Shown here one piece after another: positions 29,849 through 38,012 of a DNA stretch of 64,000 nt. Positions within the stretch are counted from its first letter, which is position 1. The number at the start of each line of letters is the position of its first letter. Both the position numbers and the translations under genes were made by a program. The notes beneath the pieces were generated by a model. That model was given only the letters and a program-made list of their open reading frames with translations, did not search any database and was not told the DNA's origin. Where the stretch lies: sequence record LC592711.1. One strand, written 5' to 3'.

Positions 29849-31139
29849 ACGTGACTTTTTCATGCTCTGCATGAAAGAACACAAGTATCGGGATAAGCGC
29901 TGGGTGCTACGTGCTTTCGCTTTGGTGCGGGAGAACAAGACACCCGAGACGTCTAAACCTCTCGACATCATTCAAACGCCTGCCGGACACTTCTACAAGC
30001 ATCCGGAAACCGGCGAACTCGAACAGATTCGTGGTGCGGTCAAACCTGGCAAGCCGATGTATGGCGTCAAGGAAAAGCTCACCGTGAAGAAAGGCGAGTT
30101 GCCGGGTATTCTCAAAGATGAGGAAACTGACTACGGTCGTATTCTCTACTTCTGCATCGTCTTCCTCCATTCGTTTGACGGGCATGTGCCCTTTAAAAAC
30201 CAGCAAATGGACATGGGGAAATTCGAAGATGAACTCGCAGCGAAACTCCAGGACGATGTTGAACCTGGACAAGAGGAGAACCCGGCTCTATTCTATCCTC
30301 GTCAGCTCGTACGTTATTACGAAGCCATGGCGTACACCCGCGGCCTGGCAATGCTGTGCGTACCCGCTGCTTCTCCGGCCTCAATGACCATCGACCCGAA
30401 GGTCTTGAAGCGTCGTGACGAACTGTTCAACGATCCGAACATTGACCTGAACAATCAGGCAGTGGCGGCTTCGGTGGAAAAGGAACTGGTGGACATGGAC
30501 CGCGATTCGTTCAAGGACGATTCGGCCTCCGGCTTCCTTATCAACAAAAAAGACTTCGCGGTTATCCGCAAGAAGCGTTTCATTTCATTCGGCTCGGGGG
30601 CTGGCCTCACGCCTGACTCCAAGACTGCGTACGTTAAACGTAGCTTGAACGAAGGTGTGGATGTAAAACAGTTCAAGGACTACAACGATGAAATGCGTAC
30701 TGGCTCGTATAAACGCGGCGTTGAAACGATGTTCGGTGGCGAACTGGACAAGTGGCTCGTTCGTGAGTCTTCGAACATCAGGGTTCTTCCGGATGACTGC
30801 GGTAGCACTGTCGGTATTCCGACCCTCATCAACGAACTCAACCAAAACCAGTGGATCGGCTTTAACATCGTCGAAGGACGAGGCGTCAATAAGCTGAGTT
30901 CCGACAACATCGGCACTTATATGGGCAAGGTCGTTCTGCGACGGTCTCCGGCTGCATGCTGGGCACCTAAGCCTGACTATTGCACGGTGTGCCTGGGCGA
31001 AAAGCTCTCGATGAACCCGGACGCAATTTCCATCGCGTTCTCGCAATACGGCCACGACTTCATGGGCGAATCCATGTCCGCAATGCACGGCAAATCCTTG
31101 TCGATTGCTCGGATGGATCTCGTGGCAGAAGCTTCTTAA
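29841..31139 (+). CDS. virion RNA polymerase beta' subunit, C-terminal part (phiKZ gp80-like)
   Basis: DDCGST and CWAPKPDYCTVCLG zinc-site motifs, and bridge-helix-like SYKRGVETMFGG. Confidence 0.85.
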   Translation: MDKRDFFMLCMKEHKYRDKRWVLRAFALVRENKTPETSKPLDIIQTPAGHFYKHPETGELEQIRGAVKPGKPMYGVKEKLTVKKGELPGILKDEETDYGRILYFCIVFLHSFDGHVPFKNQQMDMGKFEDELAAKLQDDVEPGQEENPALFYPRQLVRYYEAMAYTRGLAMLCVPAASPASMTIDPKVLKRRDELFNDPNIDLNNQAVAASVEKELVDMDRDSFKDDSASGFLINKKDFAVIRKKRFISFGSGAGLTPDSKTAYVKRSLNEGVDVKQFKDYNDEMRTGSYKRGVETMFGGELDKWLVRESSNIRVLPDDCGSTVGIPTLINELNQNQWIGFNIVEGRGVNKLSSDNIGTYMGKVVLRRSPAACWAPKPDYCTVCLGEKLSMNPDAISIAFSQYGHDFMGESMSAMHGKSLSIARMDLVAEAS

Positions 31140-31165
31140 CACTTTTCTTTCTGGAGAACATTCTC

Positions 31166-32047
31166 ATGGCAACGGAACAACAAGGCGGTACGCAAGACAA
31201 CACTGGCGTCGATCAGGAAGCTCTGAAGGCAGCAGCTGCCGATCAAGCCGCTCAACAACAAGAGCAGCAAGACGCCGCAGGTGACGCAGCAAAGGACACG
31301 CCTCCGGCAGACGATGCTGCTGCAAAGCAAGCTGCTGCTGACGCTCAGGCCGCCGCCGATGCTCAAGCTGCACAAGCCGCTGCAGATGCAGCTGCCGCCG
31401 CCAAGGCTCAGCCCGTGACCGCACAAGTCCGCAAGACGATCCCCGCTCCGGCTGCTCAGCAAACGGGTGCGAAGGATGCTTCGACGACCACGGCAACGAC
31501 GCCTGCTGCCGCTGTCGTCACCAAGCAAGTCGCCGCTGCAACGGTCACTGACACGACCACCAAGGCTCCGGCCAGCGATCGTGATCTGCCCGAAGTCGTC
31601 GCTGCGATGAAGGTCGCGAAAGCGCAGACGCAATCGGCTCTGTACCAAGTCATCCAGTACGCAATCGACATGCATCCGGGCAAGCGCGTGGAACTGCCGG
31701 CGATCGAACAGGCTCAGATCAACCTGCGCTCGAACTTGTTCACGATCCTGTCGGCTGAAGACGTGAACTTCAAGGTCGTGTACCAGGCACTGCTCGCAAT
31801 CGTCAAGGCACATCGTCAGAACTGCTTCGCGATCACGGCACGCAACCGCGGCCTGAACACGGTCAGCCTGGCAGCGCTCGACAACAAGGGCATGCGTTTC
31901 CTGACGAAGATCGTCGATCTGCTGGTGTTGACTGCCGGCATGAACGACGTCGAAAACGTCAAGAAGCAGTTCGACTTCTCGAAGCTGGCTGAATGGTGCC
32001 CGAACGTGCGCATTCAGCAAAACCTGACGTCGTACTACTCGGCGTAA
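31166..32047 (+). CDS. hypothetical protein with Ala/Gln/Thr low-complexity N-half (gp81-like by position)
   Basis: Start placed at MATEQQ behind GGAGA; high codon bias. Confidence 0.7.
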   Translation: MATEQQGGTQDNTGVDQEALKAAAADQAAQQQEQQDAAGDAAKDTPPADDAAAKQAAADAQAAADAQAAQAAADAAAAAKAQPVTAQVRKTIPAPAAQQTGAKDASTTTATTPAAAVVTKQVAAATVTDTTTKAPASDRDLPEVVAAMKVAKAQTQSALYQVIQYAIDMHPGKRVELPAIEQAQINLRSNLFTILSAEDVNFKVVYQALLAIVKAHRQNCFAITARNRGLNTVSLAALDNKGMRFLTKIVDLLVLTAGMNDVENVKKQFDFSKLAEWCPNVRIQQNLTSYYSA

Positions 32048-32070
32048 TTCGCAGCAATGCGGACATAACT

Positions 32071-32100
32071 CCTACTCCTACCCTTGCGGGTAGGAGTAGG
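32071..32100. repeat. 30-bp hairpin/terminator, copy 2 (inverted)
   Basis: CCTACTCCTACCC-TTGC-GGGTAGGAGTAGG between convergent genes. Confidence 0.9.
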
Positions 32101-32112
32101 GCTTTATGCCGT

Positions 32113-32967
32113 TTAGGCGTAATTCATCTTGCGCGCTTTACGATTCTGCTTCTTGATGCGGGCAGAACGCTGACGACGATTCTTCTGATGTTCCTGGTTA
32201 TCCAGGCGTGCTTGTGTTGCGTAGTTCTCGCGCTCCACATGCTTCACAGCACCAGCGAAGTATTGGTCGATGCCACGCTCGAAGAACTCATGGCGAACAC
32301 TATCCCAGCTGGTCAGGTCTTCATCTTCCCGACACATGTCGAACGGAACAGCGCAGGACATGACGACGCTTTGCGAGATGGGACGACCAAAGAATTCCAG
32401 GATGGCAATGGCCATGCATTCGCAACGATCAGCGTAGTGCAAGTGCTGTCGATGACGATACAGAACGCCATTCAGATTCTTGATGCGGAAGTGATGTTCC
32501 ACGAACTGCATCAGATCCATGCCGATGGCCTGTAAGCCTTTGCGACCAGAGTGCTCGATGATTGCCTGCATACCGTGCATCATGATGACTGCGTAGTAGT
32601 TGGGCATGTACTGGCCGATGTAGTGCGGCTTCGTGCAAGCGCCTTCGTAAGCGATCATTTCATCTTCGATCTGATCGAGTACGCCCTTGGTGAAGCGAAC
32701 CAGAGAGAAGTTGTGGATCTTGCTTTGTTCGACGAACTTCTTCAAGCTGTCCTTGAACGCGTCGTACTTCAACTGCTGTGCGCTACGTTCTCGGCTGCTC
32801 GCTAGAGCAGCTGCGTGAAGCAAGCGTTTGAGTTCACGCTTGTCTTTACGCGACATTTTCTTTTCTTTCTTTGATCTCTTCTCGGCGATCACCCACTTGA
32901 ACGCGATGACAACGATCAAGATAAGCAGACCCACCAACCCCACAGCGACGGCATTCGGATTATACAT
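32113..32967 (-). CDS. hypothetical protein with N-terminal transmembrane anchor
   Basis: AVAVGLVGLLILIVVIAF followed by a basic stretch. Confidence 0.7.
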   Translation of the reverse strand: MYNPNAVAVGLVGLLILIVVIAFKWVIAEKRSKKEKKMSRKDKRELKRLLHAAALASSRERSAQQLKYDAFKDSLKKFVEQSKIHNFSLVRFTKGVLDQIEDEMIAYEGACTKPHYIGQYMPNYYAVIMMHGMQAIIEHSGRKGLQAIGMDLMQFVEHHFRIKNLNGVLYRHRQHLHYADRCECMAIAILEFFGRPISQSVVMSCAVPFDMCREDEDLTSWDSVRHEFFERGIDQYFAGAVKHVERENYATQARLDNQEHQKNRRQRSARIKKQNRKARKMNYA

Positions 32968-32990
32968 TTTCAAACTCTTCTTGGTTTATG

Positions 32991-33395
32991 TCATTCAGGA
33001 ATGTAGGAAAGAACTACGTACGAAATACCAGGTTCGAGACCGATCTTGTCACCCAGAATCGGAATCAAGCTAATGCCGGCCAAAGTCGACAGATAAAGCG
33101 CAGTCAACCCAGCCTTGTCGTCTTCGAAAGTGCATTCACAGGTGAAAGCGCCATCGTCTTCGACAATTTTGCCAGCCACGATACACTGGCTAAAATCCGT
33201 TTTGGAGGGATTCTTCTCCCGGATGTACTGCTGGAGAGCATAGGCTAAACGAGCCTGTCTGGGACCCTCGTTGAAGGCCGCAAAGTGCTTCCTCCACTCA
33301 TCTACGGTGGTCTCGTACTCCGGCGGCAGAAAAATGTCCACGACCTGGGAAGTACGAGACCGGATAGTCTTTTGAACTAACCGGTCAAGACTCAT
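32991..33395 (-). CDS. hypothetical protein
   Basis: 134 aa ORF coupled to the upstream ACP-like gene. Confidence 0.65.
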   Translation of the reverse strand: MSLDRLVQKTIRSRTSQVVDIFLPPEYETTVDEWRKHFAAFNEGPRQARLAYALQQYIREKNPSKTDFSQCIVAGKIVEDDGAFTCECTFEDDKAGLTALYLSTLAGISLIPILGDKIGLEPGISYVVLSYIPE

Positions 33396-33396
33396 A

Positions 33397-33672
33397 TTAC
33401 TCCTCGTTCAGATGCTTAATTACCTTGTCAAAGACGTCCTGCCAGGTAGCGAACGGGCCATCGAGAAATCCGATCTCCAGTTCATCTTCCAGTTCAGACA
33501 TGATGTCCATGTGATCCAGCGAATCCAGATCCCCGCTCTGGAAAGGCAACGCCAGGAACTCACGGAACTCCGTACTGTTCTCGACCGCGGTCTTACGAAC
33601 CGTTTTCGTGTCGTACGACGATACTACTTGGACGAGCACTCGACGTGCCTTCTGTGCTTTGGCCTCAGCCAT
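33397..33672 (-). CDS. acyl carrier protein-like protein
   Basis: 91 aa. GDLDSLDHMDIMSELEDELEI...FATWQDVFDKV aligns by eye to ACP helices II-IV with the DSL phosphopantetheine serine. Confidence 0.75.
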   Translation of the reverse strand: MAEAKAQKARRVLVQVVSSYDTKTVRKTAVENSTEFREFLALPFQSGDLDSLDHMDIMSELEDELEIGFLDGPFATWQDVFDKVIKHLNEE

Positions 33673-33764
33673 TTTAAAAACCCCTGCTTGTTATTACTGT
33701 TACTGGTTTCGGTCGAAAACCAAATAATCAGTCTCGCTTCATAAAGCCTCAAAAAAATAAGTAG

Positions 33765-34300
33765 ACAGCAAAAAGGGCGGGACAGAGTGGCCGAAGCCAC
33801 CCCATCCCATGCCTAAGATGAAACTGAACTTACATCCCAAGGTCGTCGCATCACCACAAGGAAATGACGAGTGACGACTATGGGCTATAAGCTTTGCAGC
33901 GTTTCCCAACGGATGCGCTACCTATAACTGGTCCCGAAAAGACCCCTTACAATCGATGCGGGCTTAATACACACGAAGGCCAAACGACGTCCCCGCAAGC
34001 GCGAACGCGCGCGCCAGCGATTTACGTCAGGCATCACTAAGTCCTTAAAGGGAAACTCATATCGGCGGCACTAAGAGGCGGCCATGAGTTGTGATCTTCG
34101 CGCAGCTTAGAGCAGTAGTATCGAGACTCTGCCTTCACCACATACGACGTGTGTATTTCGCGGGCCTTTCACCCGAGTCAGGATATATCGCGCAATCGCA
34201 CCATCCTGACCTCTGCCTCGAACAGATCTTCAGAAGCCATGTTGTTAAAGAACGAGACGACTGACCAGTCCCTCACGAGATTAGGTCAGTCGCCAGATCA
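33765..34300 (-). ncRNA. candidate long structured non-coding RNA
   Basis: No ORF of 60 aa or more in ~540 nt; many hairpins; ends in a 13-bp UUCG stem plus U-tract. Confidence 0.45.
33771..33808 (-). terminator. intrinsic terminator closing the structured intergenic region
   Basis: 13-bp stem, UUCG loop, CTTTTT. Confidence 0.7.
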
Positions 34301-34303
34301 CGC

Positions 34304-35554
34304 TTACGGTTGAAGCGAGTCGGTTTGATCAGCAGCTGCTGCGCCGTCCGCATCAGCCTTCACGTCGGTAGCCGCCGGCGTTTGGACTTCTGCTTGAACA
34401 GCAGCATCTGCGACTTCAGCGGTCGGGGCAACGGCGGCGGGAGCAGCGACTTGTTCAGCCGTTGCGTCCACTGCCGGCGTTTCCGCGGTCGGAACTTCTG
34501 CCTGCGCTTGTGCAGCGTCGGTTTCCACCGGCGCAGCCGTTTGCGCTGCGTCAGCAGCTTGTTCCACCGGAGCAGCGTCGACAGGTGCGCCAGTCAGTGC
34601 TGCAGCCGTTTCCGGATCTGCATTCACTTCGGGCGTTTGTGCCAGAGCTTCGGGCGAGTGATCGACTTCTTGCGAGGTCAGATCCGCCGGAGCAGCTGCT
34701 TGTTCCACAGCGGGAGCTTCAGCTTGAGCAGCATCGGCTGCCGGTGCTTCCACTTGTGCTGCGGCATCGACGGCCGGAGCCGTTTCTACCGGTGCTGCTT
34801 GCTCACCAGCGGCGGGGTCGACTTCCGGGGCAGCTTCTTGAGCCACGCCTTCGTCGGCTACGCCAGCCGGTTGAGCTTGTTCAGCAGCAGCGTCTTCCGT
34901 ACCAGCTGCAGCTTGGGCCGGAACTTCGGCTTGTGCATCTGCTGCGGGAGCGTCGACTTGCGGAGCTGCGTCAGCCGGGGCTTGAGCTTGCGCTTCGCCT
35001 GCGGCCGGGTCCACTTCTGCTGCTGCGGGTGCTTCCGGAACTGCCGGGGTTTCCGGTTGTGCCGGTGCATCTGCGGGCTGTTCCACTGCCGGTGCAGCTT
35101 GTTCAGCCGTACCTGCATCCGTGCCCGCTGCCGGATCTTGTTCGACGGCCGGAGCATCGCCCGTCGGTTGTGCTTCTGCGGTGCCAGCGGTGTCGACCGG
35201 TGCTGCATCTGCGGGAGCCGCGTCAGCAGGTGCCGGATCTTGAGCTTGATCACCAGCGGCCGGAGCCGCGTCTTGCGATTGGTCGCCAGCTGCGATCTGG
35301 TTGTCCAGAGCAACTGCTGCTGCGCCAGCGGCTGCGGCGGCTGCCGTACCGTTGTCGCCCAGACCGAGGGCTTCGTTCGTGGTGTCGCCGAGCGGTGCTT
35401 CGTCGCTTGCCGGCGGGACGACCGGATGGTCTTCCTTCTTCTTGTGGAAGATGCCGACGATACGTTCGACCACGTGTTCGGGCAGGGAGGCCAGGGCTTC
35501 GATCGCCAGGATTTCAGTCTTCAGTTCATCGAGAACTTTGTGGATGATGCTCAC
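34304..35554 (-). CDS. highly acidic Ala/Pro/Glu/Gln low-complexity protein
   Basis: 416 aa, GTG start behind AAGGA; imperfect EVDPAAGE/APAVEQ repeats. Confidence 0.8.
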   Translation of the reverse strand: MSIIHKVLDELKTEILAIEALASLPEHVVERIVGIFHKKKEDHPVVPPASDEAPLGDTTNEALGLGDNGTAAAAAAGAAAVALDNQIAAGDQSQDAAPAAGDQAQDPAPADAAPADAAPVDTAGTAEAQPTGDAPAVEQDPAAGTDAGTAEQAAPAVEQPADAPAQPETPAVPEAPAAAEVDPAAGEAQAQAPADAAPQVDAPAADAQAEVPAQAAAGTEDAAAEQAQPAGVADEGVAQEAAPEVDPAAGEQAAPVETAPAVDAAAQVEAPAADAAQAEAPAVEQAAAPADLTSQEVDHSPEALAQTPEVNADPETAAALTGAPVDAAPVEQAADAAQTAAPVETDAAQAQAEVPTAETPAVDATAEQVAAPAAVAPTAEVADAAVQAEVQTPAATDVKADADGAAAADQTDSLQP

Positions 35555-35638
35555 GATTTTTCCTTGATAAGGAGTGTTTTAAAAGTACGGCTCAACCAGC
35601 AAAAACGTTGTTACTGGCTCATACAATTTCGGTCGATT

Positions 35639-36001
35639 TCAGTGCCAGATAATGGTCACGAAAGGTCCAGCAACGGCGAAGGCGAACAGCAGCTTGCATG
35701 CAATATGCAGCGCCTGATCGCCCATCGCACTGATGATCTTGTTTACCCGCAGCATGTCGATTACCCAATGCCAGATGAACTCCAAAAAGGCAATCGTGAA
35801 TGCTGCTTTCGGACTGAACAACCAGACTACGCTACCTGCAGCTGCACCCTGAATCAGGGCATGCATTGTCAGGCCATACCACCACGGGAAGCCAGGCACC
35901 AACTTGTTCTTGATGTCGGACAGGAATTGTCCTTGACCAGGAAAGTCGAAGAATGCGTGAACTGCCAGCAGGAGACCGAAGACTGCAAGGAACGTCGTCA
36001 T
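35639..36001 (-). CDS. DUF3307-family membrane protein
   Basis: LLAVHAFFDFPGQ, MHALI, HWVIDMLR, DQALH pattern. Confidence 0.8.
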   Translation of the reverse strand: MTTFLAVFGLLLAVHAFFDFPGQGQFLSDIKNKLVPGFPWWYGLTMHALIQGAAAGSVVWLFSPKAAFTIAFLEFIWHWVIDMLRVNKIISAMGDQALHIACKLLFAFAVAGPFVTIIWH

Positions 36002-36039
36002 GGTTATTATCCTTATTAGAGTGAAGGCGCAGCCTGAGT

Positions 36040-36384
36040 TTAGTTACCTAATGAATCCAGGATCTTCCGAGCCTCAGACGGTTTCCAACAATCCCGTCCG
36101 TACACCTGCTTCAGAAGTTCAAAGGACTCGTAGTACTCCGGATCCCACTGATCCTCAAGGCCGAAGCACGAGCAGTGTGATCCGTACACATCGAAGAATT
36201 GCTTCTTCTCATGGTCGTAACCAAACACCACCGAGGATCCAGAATAATCTTCGTACGTATACCCTGCGTACAGGATTTGGTATTTCGGATCATCCTCGAC
36301 GCTGAACGCACGAAAGACATCTTCGCGGCAATCAAATTCATCATGGAAAACGGGTTCTTTAGACAACAGGATAGCTTCAGTCAT
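36040..36384 (-). CDS. conserved phage hypothetical protein (GSHCSC motif)
   Basis: YEDYSGSSVV...YGSHCSCFGLEDQW, a motif recalled from many phage proteins; start placed at MTEAIL. Confidence 0.7.
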   Translation of the reverse strand: MTEAILLSKEPVFHDEFDCREDVFRAFSVEDDPKYQILYAGYTYEDYSGSSVVFGYDHEKKQFFDVYGSHCSCFGLEDQWDPEYYESFELLKQVYGRDCWKPSEARKILDSLGN

Positions 36385-36449
36385 GATAATTCCAGTATTG
36401 AGTTTGAAGGAAAAGCATTTCCCTAAAACACTCATTTACTGAACTTCTC

Positions 36450-36715
36450 ACTACTTAACCACCCAAGCTGCGCCTTCGTAAAGGGGTGGCCCGAGATCTT
36501 TATCGTTGGTTAGAACGCTTTGTTGAGCCGCACACCGTAGGAGGTTGGAGTATGCGCTCGAACTCGATCTCAAAGCCGAAAAAAAATAGCAGGAAGGCAT
36601 CTTCCTGCTAAAGGGGGAGTTACCCCGAACGTACCGACTCCCTTCACCACAAAGGAGTTTGCTGCCGCATGAGCGTGCTGCTAATCGAGTCGGTCGTTCT
36701 GGGCAAATCATAGCT
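36450..36715 (-). ncRNA. candidate small structured RNA(s): terminator-ended module plus anti-SD hairpin module
   Basis: ~290 nt intergenic gap with ACCGAC/GTCGGT and CTCCTTT/AAGGGAG stems, a strong terminator at 36579-36610, then a hairpin with loop UCCAACCUCCUACG. Confidence 0.4.
36579..36610 (-). terminator. intrinsic terminator
   Basis: 10-bp perfect stem plus T8. Confidence 0.8.
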
Positions 36716-36730
36716 ACAGCATTTATTTTT

Positions 36731-37240
36731 TTATAGTTCGACGAAGTCCACCTTCGGACCATAACGTAATCCACCCGACCATTCGCTGCTATCACGCAGC
36801 TTACCATGAATGGTTGAACGGATAATGCTTTCGCGTTGGGACTTGCTGTAGTAGAGGCGCGGAATATACATGTCGCATTCTACAGCGATATTGTCGACGG
36901 ACACCAACACTTTGACAGGCAGCATGTGATCATGACGACCCATGTTATCCCGATCGTTCAGCGCTTCAGCAATTTTCAAAAAGGTATTGCGCTGATTCGT
37001 GAGATAGTCATAAGCCGGATCGAACGGACCGCAGTCTTGTGCCAGTTGTTCGCCTTCATTAACGAGTCGGATACACTCGTCGTAGGAAATGGGGCCGATG
37101 GTTTTTAACCACAACGGAAGCATCATCTCGGCTCGACGCTTCAGTCTGTCACTGCCTGGACCACGATCCTCCATCAGGTCCTTCAAATTGGCTTCGCGTT
37201 TTTTCGCGATTTGGTCTTCTAGTTCTTGACGGGAAAGCAT
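36731..37240 (-). CDS. hypothetical protein
   Basis: 169 aa ORF in minus-strand operon. Confidence 0.7.
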   Translation of the reverse strand: MLSRQELEDQIAKKREANLKDLMEDRGPGSDRLKRRAEMMLPLWLKTIGPISYDECIRLVNEGEQLAQDCGPFDPAYDYLTNQRNTFLKIAEALNDRDNMGRHDHMLPVKVLVSVDNIAVECDMYIPRLYYSKSQRESIIRSTIHGKLRDSSEWSGGLRYGPKVDFVEL

Positions 37241-37242
37241 TT

Positions 37243-37932
37243 TCAGCCCTTGTAGAGTTGGAACAGCTCAACAATCAGTTCCCGCTCTTCGATATCGCCC
37301 ATCTCGAAGTCATTGTAAATCGTCGTCGCTTCCATGTAGAGATCATGGATATCGCCGTTGATCAACATACGCTTGCCTTTCATGGTAAGCGCAGAGACGT
37401 CCGGGACTTCTTCACCCTGCATCGCCATCAGAAGACGACCGTTAACAGGATGCTCATAAATCGAAAGCGGTTCCAGGTGAGTCAGTACATCGATACCGAC
37501 AACAATCTGCATGTCGCTATGGGAAGCACGAGCGCGTTGTACTGCCATGACACTCATGCCCAACTGCTTGAACAGCGCAAGCTTGTTGTACTGACGCAGA
37601 TAATCGAAGACACCTTTCATCAGCACGCTTGATGCGGGGTTATTCGCAACAAACGCCAGTGCTTCGAAACCATCCATCGACGGATGGACAAACAGATGCT
37701 GGAGCGGTACGCCGTAAAAGAACGGCTTCCAGTTGCTCTGGTTATCCTTGACAAACGGATGACCGAACGGACCAACGTGAATGAATTCCTGAAGCAAGAA
37801 ATTGACAAGCTGATTCAGTTCCTCGTTTTCAGGAGCATCGGGTGAACGCATGAACCAGAAGTCGGTGGAACGGAAATTGACTTCCCCTTCCATGTCATCG
37901 TAGCGTTCTTTGTGTTCAGAACCTAACAGCAT
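37243..37932 (-). CDS. hypothetical protein
   Basis: 229 aa ORF with GGAGG RBS. Confidence 0.75.
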   Translation of the reverse strand: MLLGSEHKERYDDMEGEVNFRSTDFWFMRSPDAPENEELNQLVNFLLQEFIHVGPFGHPFVKDNQSNWKPFFYGVPLQHLFVHPSMDGFEALAFVANNPASSVLMKGVFDYLRQYNKLALFKQLGMSVMAVQRARASHSDMQIVVGIDVLTHLEPLSIYEHPVNGRLLMAMQGEEVPDVSALTMKGKRMLINGDIHDLYMEATTIYNDFEMGDIEERELIVELFQLYKG

Positions 37933-38012
37933 AGGCCCTCCAATTAAATAGCCAACTGATTAGTGCCGGCATTAGAAAAAAAGATCCCGTCGTACTGACC
38001 GGGATCGAATCT

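Noticed and set aside
33765-34300. tmRNA, RNase P RNA, tRNA cluster or group I intron
   Set aside because: No acceptor stem/CCA end, no ALAA-type tag frame and no RNase P P4 motifs. AAGCUUAUAGCCC only loosely resembles the intron S element, with no matching R element or interrupted gene.
34320-35400. DNA repeat array or mobile element
   Set aside because: Imperfect repeats follow the protein's Ala/Pro motifs; no terminal repeats or transposase.
36451-36807. 118-aa minus-strand ORF across the intergenic gap
   Set aside because: Overlaps the upstream gene, has no RBS and runs through a strong terminator and T8 tract.
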